A DNA stretch of 64,000 nucleotides from an uncultured delta proteobacterium. GTDB lineage: Bacteria; Myxococcota_A; Polyangia; Polyangiales; Polyangiaceae. Below the pieces are notes generated by a model. That model had not been told where the DNA came from. It searched no databases and saw only the letters and a program-made list of their open reading frames with translations. The stretch lies in contig CAVQUB010000021.1 in assembly GCA_963716725.1 (NCBI GenBank), positions 192,001 to 256,000 on the forward strand. The letters are read 5' to 3'. Of the stretch, positions 20,254 to 29,844 are shown in pieces. A program made the translations under genes and the position numbers. Within the stretch, counting starts at the first letter, position 1; each line of letters opens with the position of its first letter.

Positions 20254-21909
20254 ATGAGAATCAAGCGTTCGCTCGTTGGGCTCGTTGGCATCGGCTCCGT
20301 ACTCGCAGTGGCCTGCGCCGTGGACACGGCGGAACCCGGTGGACCGGGTACCCAGACCATCGACAGCGGCGACATGGTCAAGCCCGAAGAGGGCAAGGCC
20401 GACGCGAGCCACATCGCCGTCTTCCTCGAGTTCGAGTTCGACGGTGAGGTCCTGGTCTCGAGCGCCTGGAACACCAAGCGCGCGATCGAAGACCAGATGC
20501 TCTACACCATCGGGCTGCTCAACGGAGAGAAGTCCGTGGCCCGACTGGACAAGCTCGAGCTCTCGAACATTCAGACCGCGGCAGCCGAGGGCGGCAAGAC
20601 TCGCGTCACGTATCACGCGAAGTTGCCCGTCGCCTGGGGCAAGAAGGACGCGGTGCCCACGACCTTCACGCTGCGCATGCCCAAAGACGGAACGTACCAG
20701 GGCTACGAGGCCTTCACTGCGAAGTACAGTCACGACTGCGTAGACTTCGGCGCCCACGACGTGGATGCGGGTAGCATGTGGTACTACTATCGTCCGAAGA
20801 CCTCCCGCTGCACGCTCGCGGCAGAAGACGTCGTGGATCTCACCGCAGAGGTTCGAGCTTCGGGCACCCAGACCACCGGCAAGTACCCCGAGTACGACAA
20901 GGTCTGGGAGGACGACGCGCTGGAGGTGGTGGCGATCTACGGCAAGTACGAAGACGGCGCGACCACCAGCAGCGACGCCGGCATCTCTGCCTACAACGAG
21001 TTCGTCAACGCGATGAAGTCGCGCCTGGCGAGCCAGGGGCTCACGACGACGCCAGAGTCGTTCCCATCGAGCCCCGGCGTCGGCGTTCCCGACATCACCT
21101 TCACCGGGGTTCTGACCGACGGCAAGAAGATCAGGGTTACGGCGCTCTTGGTCGACAACGTTCGAACCGCGGGGCCGACCTTCGACCAACGCTACGCGAG
21201 CCTGACTCCAAGCGCGGATTTCATCGTCTACAACGGCCACGCGGGCCTGGGCGCCAACGTGCGCGCGCTGGCACAGAAGGGCAAGTGGAAGGCCGGTCAG
21301 TATGCGGTCGTCTTCATGAACGGTTGCGATACCTACGCCTACGTGGACTCGGCGCTCTGGGACGCGCACGCGGCGGTCAACGCCGACGACCCCACCGGCA
21401 CCAAGTACGTGGACGTCATCAACAACGCCATGCCCTCGTACTTCAGCAATATGCCGGAGTCGACGCTGGCCATCTTCGACGCCTTGGCGAACCATGCCGA
21501 GCCCGCGACCTACGAGGGCATCTTCAAGAAGATCTCGAGCAGCCAGGTGATCTTGGTCAGCGGCGAAGAAGACAACGTCTTCGTGCCCGGCGGCGGCGGC
21601 GGTGGACAGCCTGAAGAGTGGGCCGGCATGAACGAGGCAAACACGGTCGCCAAGAATGCCGAGACGCGCTTCGAGACCCCGACGCTCGCGGCGGGTCGCT
21701 ACGTGTTCGAGATGACCGGAACGGCGGACGCGGATCTGTACGTGCGCGTCGGCTCTGCTCCGACCAAATCGCTCTACGACTGCCGCCCCTACAAGGCCGG
21801 CTCCAAGGAGAGCTGCTCCGTCGAGATCACGACCCCCGCGCCGGTTCACGTGATGGTGCGAGGCTGGGCTGCCAGCTCGAACTTCACCCTGGTCGGCGCC
21901 AAGAAGTGA
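20254..21909 (+). CDS. Lipoprotein with GKADA motif, putative caspase-like His-Cys domain and C-terminal PPC domain
   Basis: Lipobox AVAC, FIVYNGHAG and VVFMNGCDT, PPC signature GTADADLYVRVGSAPT...YDCRPYKAGSKESC. Confidence 0.8.
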   Translation: MRIKRSLVGLVGIGSVLAVACAVDTAEPGGPGTQTIDSGDMVKPEEGKADASHIAVFLEFEFDGEVLVSSAWNTKRAIEDQMLYTIGLLNGEKSVARLDKLELSNIQTAAAEGGKTRVTYHAKLPVAWGKKDAVPTTFTLRMPKDGTYQGYEAFTAKYSHDCVDFGAHDVDAGSMWYYYRPKTSRCTLAAEDVVDLTAEVRASGTQTTGKYPEYDKVWEDDALEVVAIYGKYEDGATTSSDAGISAYNEFVNAMKSRLASQGLTTTPESFPSSPGVGVPDITFTGVLTDGKKIRVTALLVDNVRTAGPTFDQRYASLTPSADFIVYNGHAGLGANVRALAQKGKWKAGQYAVVFMNGCDTYAYVDSALWDAHAAVNADDPTGTKYVDVINNAMPSYFSNMPESTLAIFDALANHAEPATYEGIFKKISSSQVILVSGEEDNVFVPGGGGGGQPEEWAGMNEANTVAKNAETRFETPTLAAGRYVFEMTGTADADLYVRVGSAPTKSLYDCRPYKAGSKESCSVEITTPAPVHVMVRGWAASSNFTLVGAKK

Positions 21910-21918
21910 GTCGATGCC

Positions 21919-23955
21919 ATGCGCACGCCGAGCGTGAGCTGGATCGCGCTCGGTGGGCTGCTGGCCTGCGCTTGCTCGTCGCCTGACGACGGCGAGACCG
22001 CAGCCACCACTCGCGTCGTCGCCGACTACAGCCTCGCGGGCGGGTTCTTCGGCGCGCCGTTCCCTGACGCGGCGCGTCTCGACGCAAATGGACGCCCCTC
22101 GGTCGCGGATTTTCCCAACCCGACCGAGTCGCCGTTCTTGGAGAAGCTCAAGCTGTTGCTCGCGCGTGACTCGCGGGGCTTCTCCACCACGGCCGGCGTC
22201 TTCTTCCAGCTGGACGGGGATCTGGAGCTTTCGGTCGAGAGCGGGTTCGCGGCCAGCACGGCGAGTGACGCCCGGGTATTCCTGGTCGATGTCGATCCGG
22301 GCTCGGCCGATCACGGAAAGCGCTCGCCGGTTCGAGTGAGCTTCTCCGCTGAGGGCGGCCCCTTCGGGGCGCCACGGCTCCTGGCGCTGATCCCCCTCCA
22401 GGGCGCCCCGTTGCGACCGCTCACCCGCTACGCTGCGGTGGTGACCCGCGACGTGCTCGACGCGCGGGGCAACCGACTCGGTGTCCCCGACTCGCTGCGA
22501 CGGCTCCTGCGAGGTCAAAGCGTCCCGGGCATGAGTGCCTCGGCCCTGGAAGAGCACCACTCGGCCATCGCCCAACTCGAAGCGCTGGGCGTTGCGTCGA
22601 CCAGGCTGGCGGGCCTTGCCGCCTTCACTACCGACGACCCCACGCGTGATCTCCGCACCGTCCGCGACGCGGTCCTTGCGGCGGACTTGCCTCAGCCGCT
22701 CGCCGCGCCCAGCGCGAAGGAAGTCTTCGACGACTTCTGCGTGTTCGAGAGCAGCATCGAGATGCCAGTTTTCCAAGCCGGCAAACCTCCTTTCTCCGAA
22801 ACCGGCGGGCAGTGGGCCTGGGCCGCCGATGGCTCGCCGAAGCTGGCGCAAAAAGAGGTCGCGCGCATCGTGATCACGTTGCCGAGGCGCAGCATGCCCG
22901 CGGCGGGTTTTCCCGTGGTGCTCTTCAGCCGAACCGGCGGCGGCGGCGACCGCCCCCTCGTGGATCGCGGAGTGCAGGCCAAGACCGGCGGTCCCGCCAT
23001 CACTCCGGGGACCGGCCCCGCGCTGACCTTCGCGCGGGCGGGTTTCGCCGGCGTGAGCGTGGATGGTCCGCACGGCGGTCTCCGGAACGTGAGCGGCGGC
23101 GACGAGCAGTTCTTGATGTTCAACGTGCAGAACCCGAGCGCGCTCCGAGACAACGTGCGCCAGTCGGCCATCGAGCTGGTGCTCCAAGCGCACGTGCTGG
23201 CAGGGCTGCAAGTCGACGCTGGGAGCTGCCCCGATCTGGTGACGGGCGGAGGTCCCGCGAGGTTCGACACGGCGCACCTGGCCCTGATGGGGCACTCCAT
23301 GGGGGCGACCATCGCGCCGCTCTCGATGGCGGTGGAAGCGAAGTTCCGCGCGGCGATCTTGAGCGGCGCCGGCGGCAGCTTCATCGAAAACGTTCTGTAC
23401 AAACAGAAGCCGCTGCCGGTGAAGGGCTTCGCGGAGCTTCTGCTCGGCGTCGCGGGCAGTCACACGCTGTCGGAGTCGGACCCCGTGCTCTCGCTCTTTC
23501 AGTGGGCGGCGGAGCCCGCCGATCCACCAGCCTACGCCCGCGCGATCGTGCACGAGCCTTCGGGCGCACCAGCGCACGTGCTGATGATCCAGGGCATCGT
23601 CGATCACTACATCATGCCGTCCATCGCCAACGCTGCGAGCCTGTCTCTGGGTCTGGATCTGGCTGGTGACGCCCTCGACGCAGTCACCCCCGAGCTCGCG
23701 GACACGCCGCACCTCGCGGAGATGCTGACGTTCTCGGGGCGTGCTCAGATCTCGCTTCCGGCTTCGGGCAACGCCGGCGGCGCGACCGCGGTGGTCGTGC
23801 AAGCGAAGGAGGACGGGATCCAAGACGGACACGAGGTCGTGTTCCAGACCGCCGGCCCCAAGCACCAATACCGATGCTTCTTGGAGAGCCTGGCGCTGGG
23901 CCTGCCGCGCGTGCCGACGCCGGCCGCCGAGCTGACTGCCTGCCCGAGCCCGTGA
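21919..23955 (+). CDS. Alpha/beta-hydrolase (lipase-like) lipoprotein
   Basis: Lipobox ACAC, nucleophile elbow GHSMG, DGPHGGLR, RDNVRQ, QGIVD, DGH. Starts 9 bp after the PPC gene. Confidence 0.8.
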   Translation: MRTPSVSWIALGGLLACACSSPDDGETAATTRVVADYSLAGGFFGAPFPDAARLDANGRPSVADFPNPTESPFLEKLKLLLARDSRGFSTTAGVFFQLDGDLELSVESGFAASTASDARVFLVDVDPGSADHGKRSPVRVSFSAEGGPFGAPRLLALIPLQGAPLRPLTRYAAVVTRDVLDARGNRLGVPDSLRRLLRGQSVPGMSASALEEHHSAIAQLEALGVASTRLAGLAAFTTDDPTRDLRTVRDAVLAADLPQPLAAPSAKEVFDDFCVFESSIEMPVFQAGKPPFSETGGQWAWAADGSPKLAQKEVARIVITLPRRSMPAAGFPVVLFSRTGGGGDRPLVDRGVQAKTGGPAITPGTGPALTFARAGFAGVSVDGPHGGLRNVSGGDEQFLMFNVQNPSALRDNVRQSAIELVLQAHVLAGLQVDAGSCPDLVTGGGPARFDTAHLALMGHSMGATIAPLSMAVEAKFRAAILSGAGGSFIENVLYKQKPLPVKGFAELLLGVAGSHTLSESDPVLSLFQWAAEPADPPAYARAIVHEPSGAPAHVLMIQGIVDHYIMPSIANAASLSLGLDLAGDALDAVTPELADTPHLAEMLTFSGRAQISLPASGNAGGATAVVVQAKEDGIQDGHEVVFQTAGPKHQYRCFLESLALGLPRVPTPAAELTACPSP

Positions 23956-24013
23956 TCGCCGCCACGCGCGCTCGGGATTTCAGCCCCTGCGCGCGTGCGG
24001 TCGAGCAGGGCCG

Positions 24014-24697
24014 TCAGTCGCCGGTCGCGTCGGTCGTCGCGTCGGTCGTCGCGTCGGTCGTCGCGTCGGTCGTCGCGTCGGTCGCGGCGTCGCTGCCGGC
24101 ATCACCCGTGGTCGGCGTGCAGGCAGCCGGGCCGGACCCGCCATCGGTGGGCAGCTGCGCGGGATCCACGCAGCCCATGTCCGGACCGCCGAGACCCGTG
24201 AGGTCGGCCATGTAGCTGCACTTGCTCGCGCCGGTGTTGCAGCAGCCGGGGAGCGTGAAGGACGAGATCGTCACCGGCGGACAACTGGTGTCCAGGTTGC
24301 CCTTCTGATTGAGCTCGTAGCAGCCAGCGGTCAGGTTGATGAACCCTGCGGTGGTCTCGTCGATGTCCACGCCGCACTTGTCCTTTGCCGATCCCGCGCA
24401 GCACGGAGGCAAGTTGGCGACGATCAAATCGTAGGACTTACAGGTCTCGCTGCCGCACGTCATCGTGGTGCCGCCGGTCCCACCGGTACCACCCGTCGCA
24501 CCGCCGCTTCCGGAGCTGCCGCCCGTCCCGCCGGAGCCAGCGGTTCCGCCCGATCCAGTATCAGGGCCGGCGTCCTTGCCGCCTGTTCCCGGCTTATTGC
24601 CGTTGTCGTCATCGTCACCGCCACACGCGGGAACACCCGCCGCGGCGATCGCGCAAACACCGAGCCCAATCAGCAACTTGAAATTCTTGAAGTTCAT
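24014..24697 (-). CDS. Cys-rich lipoprotein with a DATT-repeat tail
   Basis: Lipobox VPAC-GGDDDD, Gly linker, PCC/GCC Cys domain, 12-bp repeat at ~24023-24085. Confidence 0.8.
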   Translation of the reverse strand: MNFKNFKLLIGLGVCAIAAAGVPACGGDDDDNGNKPGTGGKDAGPDTGSGGTAGSGGTGGSSGSGGATGGTGGTGGTTMTCGSETCKSYDLIVANLPPCCAGSAKDKCGVDIDETTAGFINLTAGCYELNQKGNLDTSCPPVTISSFTLPGCCNTGASKCSYMADLTGLGGPDMGCVDPAQLPTDGGSGPAACTPTTGDAGSDAATDATTDATTDATTDATTDATGD

Positions 24698-24871
24698 GAC
24701 GCACTCCCCAGCAAGAGCCAGCGGGCTGAGGCTAGCTCAAACCGGGGCGTGCCGGAAACCACGGGGGCGAGCTGTGGGCAGCTTGCCCCAAAAAACCACA
24801 GCGACCGCCTGCACATTTGGGGCTAGGCTGGTCAGATTGGGGCCGGTCTCGGCGCCGAAGGAGCCTTTGTC

Positions 24872-26746
24872 ATGCGCCAATCCTGGACCCTGATGCTTGT
24901 TGCAGCGCTTGCCCTTGGGTTGGGCGGGTTCGGCGCCGCGTGCAGCACGAGCACTGACGACGGCATCGGCGGCGGCGGAGGCCTGGGCGGGTCCGGCGCC
25001 ATGGGCGGCGTGGGCGGGGGCAGCGGCGGCGGAACCGGTTGCCCCAGCGGCCTGTCGAGCTGCAACGGGCAGTGCGTCGACTCCCAGTACAACCCGAACC
25101 ATTGCGGGGCTTGCGACAAGAAGTGCGGCGCCGGCGAGTTCTGCTCGAGCGGCACCTGCGGCTCGACATGCGGCGGCGGAACCACCCAGTGCAGCGGCGC
25201 CTGCGTGAACGTGCAGTCCGACATCGCCAACTGCGGCAGCTGCGGCAACGTCTGCAACGTGGGCGAGGTGTGCTCGAACGGCGCTTGCGGCGTCACCTGC
25301 TCCGGCGGCACTACGCAGTGCGCCGGCAAGTGCGTCGACTCGGCGGTGGACCCGACGAACTGCGGCGAGTGCGGCACGACCTGCAAGGCCGGTGAGGTCT
25401 GCTCGGCCGGACAGTGCGGCACCAAGTGCGTCGGAGGCACCACGCTCTGCACCGGCAAGTGCGTCGACACCGGCGTCGATCCCGCCAACTGCGGCGCCTG
25501 CGAGACGGCCTGTGCGAGCGGCGAGGTCTGCTCTGCGGGCACCTGCGACACCAAATGCGTCGGCGGCACCACGCTCTGCGGCGGCAAGTGCGTCGACACG
25601 CAGCTCGACACCGGCAACTGCGGCACCTGCGGCACGGCCTGCACCGCGGGCGAGGCCTGCGTGAGCGGCACCTGCAAGACGGTCTGCGTCGGTGGCAGCA
25701 CGCTGTGCTCGAATACCTGCGTCGACACCAAGCTCGACCCCGCCAACTGCGGCGCCTGCGGCACCAAATGCACGGCGGGCCAGGTCTGTTCCTCCGGCAA
25801 ATGCGGCTTGGTCTGCAGCGGCGGCTCGACGCTGTGCAGCGCCAATTGCGTGGATACGAAGGTGGATCCAACCAACTGCGGGACCTGTGCCAAGGCCTGC
25901 ACCGCGGGCGAGAGTTGTGTGAACGGCACCTGCGGCATCGTCTGCACCGGTGGCACCACCAACTGCAGCGGTAAGTGCGTGGATGTGAAGATCGACGCGC
26001 TGAACTGCGGCCTCTGCGGCAAAGCCTGCACCGCAGGGCAGATTTGCAACAATGGCACCTGCCAGTTGCTCTGCTCGGGTGGCACCACCAACTGCAACGG
26101 TCTGTGCGTGGACGTGAAGGTCGATCCGAACAACTGCGGCACCTGTGGCAAGGTCTGCACCACAGGTCAGACCTGTACAAACAGCGTGTGCACCGCGAGC
26201 GGATGCCAGAACCCCGTGCCGACGACGCTCTTCTCCGAAGGCTTCGCCAACAACAGCCAGGGTTGGACTCTGGGCACCGAGTGGCAGGTCGCTGCGGCCA
26301 AGGTCTCTATCGGCGGCTATGGCAACCCTGACCCCGCCACCGATCACACCCTTGGTACGGACAACGGCGTCGCGGGCGTGGTCATTGGCGGCAACGCCTC
26401 GACCACCATGCACGGCTACTACTACATGACCAGCCCCATCATCAACGCGGCGGGGGCGACCAAGCTCTACCTCGGGTTCTGGCGTTGGCTGAACAGCGAC
26501 TACCTGCCTTACATGCAGAACAGCGTCGAGGTCTTCAACGGCAGCTCGTGGGTGGTGGTCTGGCAGAGTGGCAGCTATCCGGCCGTGCAAGACGCGGCGT
26601 GGTCGCAGCAGTCCTTCGACATCTCGGCCCACGCCAACGCCAACCTCCGCGTGCGCTTCGGGCACTTGGTCGGCAGCGCCGGCGTATTCACGGTTTCATC
26701 TTGGAACGTCGACGACGTCACGGTCACCAAAGTCACCTGTAACTGA
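24872..26746 (+). CDS. MXAN_6577-like/Stig1-type Cys-rich repeat lipoprotein with a C-terminal jelly-roll (MAM-like) domain
   Basis: Nine ~43-aa repeats with 8 Cys each (CVD...DPxNCGxCGxxC); C-terminal LFSEGF...MTSPIIN...WNVDDVTV. Confidence 0.85.
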   Translation: MRQSWTLMLVAALALGLGGFGAACSTSTDDGIGGGGGLGGSGAMGGVGGGSGGGTGCPSGLSSCNGQCVDSQYNPNHCGACDKKCGAGEFCSSGTCGSTCGGGTTQCSGACVNVQSDIANCGSCGNVCNVGEVCSNGACGVTCSGGTTQCAGKCVDSAVDPTNCGECGTTCKAGEVCSAGQCGTKCVGGTTLCTGKCVDTGVDPANCGACETACASGEVCSAGTCDTKCVGGTTLCGGKCVDTQLDTGNCGTCGTACTAGEACVSGTCKTVCVGGSTLCSNTCVDTKLDPANCGACGTKCTAGQVCSSGKCGLVCSGGSTLCSANCVDTKVDPTNCGTCAKACTAGESCVNGTCGIVCTGGTTNCSGKCVDVKIDALNCGLCGKACTAGQICNNGTCQLLCSGGTTNCNGLCVDVKVDPNNCGTCGKVCTTGQTCTNSVCTASGCQNPVPTTLFSEGFANNSQGWTLGTEWQVAAAKVSIGGYGNPDPATDHTLGTDNGVAGVVIGGNASTTMHGYYYMTSPIINAAGATKLYLGFWRWLNSDYLPYMQNSVEVFNGSSWVVVWQSGSYPAVQDAAWSQQSFDISAHANANLRVRFGHLVGSAGVFTVSSWNVDDVTVTKVTCN

Positions 26747-26812
26747 CGCCCTATCGCTAGCCACCGCAGCGGCCCTCGTCCTTGGTCGCGCTCTACGTCG
26801 GGTGGTGAGGCC

Positions 26813-28639
26813 TCAGGCCTTCTCGATGGTGTTGCTGCCGGAGGTCGTCTTGTAGCGCGTCCGCGTCACCGTGCCGTCGAAGGCTTTGGTCTTCACGTCG
26901 GCGACCTTCATGAAGGTGACCTGGATGTCCTTGTCGGTGTTGACATCGACGATGGCGATGCCGTGCGCGAAGCTGTCGATGTGTTTGTAGTGCGGGTTCG
27001 CCGTCGCCAGCGCGGCGTCGAACTTCTGGGGGTCCTCCGCCAGCTCCTTCAAGCCAAATGCGCCGTCGGGATCCAGGCCGAGGGCCTGGGTCGCCACGAT
27101 CTCTTGAAAGGGCGAGGAGCTGATGCCAGCGCAGACGTACTCGACGCCGATCGGCTTGACGCCCGGCGCGTCGAAGTCGGCGTGCAGCTCACCGGCGTAG
27201 AAGGCGTGGATGTCGCCGGTGATCACCACCAGGTTCTCGACGGAGGAGAGCGCTTCGAGCACCTCCTTGCGCTCCGTCCGGAAGCCGTCCCATTGATCCA
27301 AGGTCAAATACCAGATCCCCTGGAACAGGACCGGCACCTTGGGCAAGGTCAGATCGACAGCCATTTGCAGGAGCTGGGTCTCGTTGCCCCAGAACTTCCA
27401 GGTGGCCGACGACGCCTTCATGCCCTCGACGAACCACTGCTTCTGCTTGTCGCCGAGCATCTTCGGCTTCACGAAGGCCTCGATCTTGTCGAAGGCCTCT
27501 TTTTTGCAGAAGTTGCGGGAACCGAGCGCGCTGTTGGGCCCCAGCTTGCCCGCCGCGTCGTAGGTCGGAAAGTCCGCGGGAGTGCCGGCAGGTTTGTCCG
27601 TGGTCTTGGCACCTTCCGGGATGCAGTGGTCGTCGCGGTAGCTGCGCTGGTCGGTCAAGAACAGCTCGACGTGCTTGCCGTAGCGGAGCGTGCGGTAGAT
27701 CACCAAGTCATCGGGGAAGGCTTTGTTCGCGTCGAAGCTGACGTCGGCCGGCTGATACTCGAACCAGGCCTGGTTGGCGTCTTCCCGGCGCTGGGTGCTC
27801 TTCTCGGCGCCCTTGGTCTCGTTGAAGTCGGTGGAGTGATCCTGCCACGCGTCGTTGGCGAACTCGTGATCGTCCCAGATGGCGATGAACGGAAACAACG
27901 AGTGGGCCTTCTGCAGGTTGGCGTCGCTGCGGTACTGACGGTAGAGGCCGCGATAGTCCCGGAGAGACTTGGCTGCCTTGACCTTCGGCACGATCTCGAT
28001 GCCGTCCGGGATTTCGATCTGCCGGTCCGGGGTGCTGGTCTGGAAATCCGGATCGCCGTTGGTCTCGTAGATGTAGTCGCCGAGCCAGACCACGAAGTCG
28101 ACCGGATCCTCCTGCTCGAGGAACGCCTTCCAGCTGTGGTAGTAGCGGCCCACGAAGTCCTGGCACGAGGCGAAGGCAAAACGCACCGCGACGTCTTGGT
28201 CGATCGCTGGCGCGGTCTTCGTGCGACCGGTGATGGACTGCGTGAGCTCGGCCTTGAAGCGGTAGTAGTAGGTGGTCAGCGCCGACAGGCCCGTGGGCTT
28301 GATGCGGACAGTCCAGTCCGTGGACTCGTCGGTCATGGTGTCGCCCGTGGCGATGATGGTGGTGAAGGCTTCGTCGGTCGCGATCTCGTAGATCACCTTC
28401 ACGCTGCCCGAGCCGGACTTCGGCACGGCGCGCGTCCACAAGATCACGCTATCGGGCTTGGGATCACCCGAGGCCAGACCCTGGGGATAGACCAAGGCTT
28501 GATCGGCCGGGTCGGTGCTGTAAGTGATGGGTTTGGTGCCCCCTCCGCCGTCGTCGTCCGACGAGCAACCGAGCGGCGAGACCGCAACCGTGACCACGAG
28601 CCCAGCCAAGAAATCGCGACGAGCAATGCGTGAAGCCAT
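26813..28639 (-). CDS. phoD: PhoD-family alkaline phosphatase (Tat-exported lipoprotein)
   Basis: ARRDFL Tat motif, GLASGDP, FASCQ, LGDYIYE, WDDHE, DQWDGF, TGDIH. Confidence 0.9.
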   Translation of the reverse strand: MASRIARRDFLAGLVVTVAVSPLGCSSDDDGGGGTKPITYSTDPADQALVYPQGLASGDPKPDSVILWTRAVPKSGSGSVKVIYEIATDEAFTTIIATGDTMTDESTDWTVRIKPTGLSALTTYYYRFKAELTQSITGRTKTAPAIDQDVAVRFAFASCQDFVGRYYHSWKAFLEQEDPVDFVVWLGDYIYETNGDPDFQTSTPDRQIEIPDGIEIVPKVKAAKSLRDYRGLYRQYRSDANLQKAHSLFPFIAIWDDHEFANDAWQDHSTDFNETKGAEKSTQRREDANQAWFEYQPADVSFDANKAFPDDLVIYRTLRYGKHVELFLTDQRSYRDDHCIPEGAKTTDKPAGTPADFPTYDAAGKLGPNSALGSRNFCKKEAFDKIEAFVKPKMLGDKQKQWFVEGMKASSATWKFWGNETQLLQMAVDLTLPKVPVLFQGIWYLTLDQWDGFRTERKEVLEALSSVENLVVITGDIHAFYAGELHADFDAPGVKPIGVEYVCAGISSSPFQEIVATQALGLDPDGAFGLKELAEDPQKFDAALATANPHYKHIDSFAHGIAIVDVNTDKDIQVTFMKVADVKTKAFDGTVTRTRYKTTSGSNTIEKA

Positions 28640-28687
28640 GAGGCGGAGCGTACTGTCGAGTGAGAGACCCCGCAACGGGTCTCGGCC

Positions 28688-28935
28688 TCAGTTCCGCGCG
28701 CGCGCGAAGGTGCCGCGGATCTCGGTGTGGCGCGACAGGAACATGGTCCAAGCCAACGCGTTCTCGGCGCTCTGGCCGAAGCGGATGGTGCCGAGATCGC
28801 GGGCCTCGAAGGTCATCACGCTGGCTCCGTCGAGGTGCGGGAAGTAGGCGTTCTGATCGTTCCAGACGCCGCGAAAGAGCTTGGGACGTTTCACTGGCTG
28901 GAGAGATCGACGGAGGCGGTGGGTCGACGATTCAT
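28688..28935 (-). pseudogene. Small frameshifted gene or head-to-tail remnant
   Basis: GGAGGG + ATG MNRRPTASVDLSSQ*, then out-of-frame coding-like VKRPKLFRGVWNDQNAYFPHLDG...RARN*. Confidence 0.4.
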
Positions 28936-28996
28936 CCCTCCGGGGCGTCAGCAAGCGTCGCTCTCAGCCGCCGAGTCCGTGCTAAGCTCTGCCAGA

Positions 28997-29830
28997 ATGA
29001 CGCGGGTCTGGCTCGTCTCGTGCCTCGCGCTCTTTGCACCGGCCTGTGGAGTCGAAGAGAGCGGCGGCCTGGCCGCCACCGGCGGAACTGCGGGCGCGAC
29101 CGGAGGCGGTTCCGGGGGCATCACGGGTTCGGGCGGGTTCCCGAGCGGCGGCGCCGGTGCGATCGCGGGCGCCGGCGGCTCGCTGGGCGGCGCGGGCGGC
29201 GCTAGCGGCTCGGCTGGCGCACCGAAGGGCGGCACCGGAGGCGCGTCGTCGGGCGGCGCGGGTGGCACCAGCTCCGGAGGCATGGGTGGCAAGCCCACGG
29301 GCGGTGCGGGCGGTGTGGGCGGCACCGGCGGTTTGAACACGGGCGGCACCGCCGGCGTCACGGGCCTGTGCCTGCCGGCGCCCGCGCCCGTCGCGTGCCT
29401 GTCACAGTCAAAGTGCGGGACGGCTTGCACCCCGAACACCGGATGCGTGTCCTCGTGCCAAAACAGCGAGTGCATCACGCTGTGCACGACGCAAGCAGCT
29501 TGCAAGAACAAGCTCATCACCTGCTCCGTGGGCCAGAAGTGCAAGGTCGAGTGCGAGAAGGACGCCTGCGAAGGCGCGACCATCAACTGCGGCGACGCGA
29601 CCGAGTGCAGCGTCAAGTGCAACGGCGATCACGCCTGCAAGAACGTGACCGTCAACTGCGGCTCCGGTCCGTGCCAGCTCGCGTGTGCGGGCCACGACCA
29701 CGCCTGCAACGAGAACACCACGCTGAAGTGCGGAGCCCAAGCCTGCAGTGTGGTCTGCAACAACGTCGATGGCCCCGTCATCGACTGCAAGACAACGCCC
29801 TGCTCCGGCTGTCCCGGGGGCTGCCCCTGA
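28997..29830 (+). CDS. Gly-rich/Cys-rich lipoprotein
   Basis: Lipobox APAC, Gly linker, repeated CxVxC...ACxxxTIxC units. Confidence 0.8.
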   Translation: MTRVWLVSCLALFAPACGVEESGGLAATGGTAGATGGGSGGITGSGGFPSGGAGAIAGAGGSLGGAGGASGSAGAPKGGTGGASSGGAGGTSSGGMGGKPTGGAGGVGGTGGLNTGGTAGVTGLCLPAPAPVACLSQSKCGTACTPNTGCVSSCQNSECITLCTTQAACKNKLITCSVGQKCKVECEKDACEGATINCGDATECSVKCNGDHACKNVTVNCGSGPCQLACAGHDHACNENTTLKCGAQACSVVCNNVDGPVIDCKTTPCSGCPGGCP

Positions 29831-29844
29831 GCTATCCTCGCGGC

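Noticed and set aside
20218..23868. 1216-aa minus-strand ORF
   Set aside because: Antisense shadow of two well-supported plus-strand genes, common in high-GC DNA, with no motifs. The same applies to 57841-60315, 18222-20171, 24737-26665 and 47368-49215.
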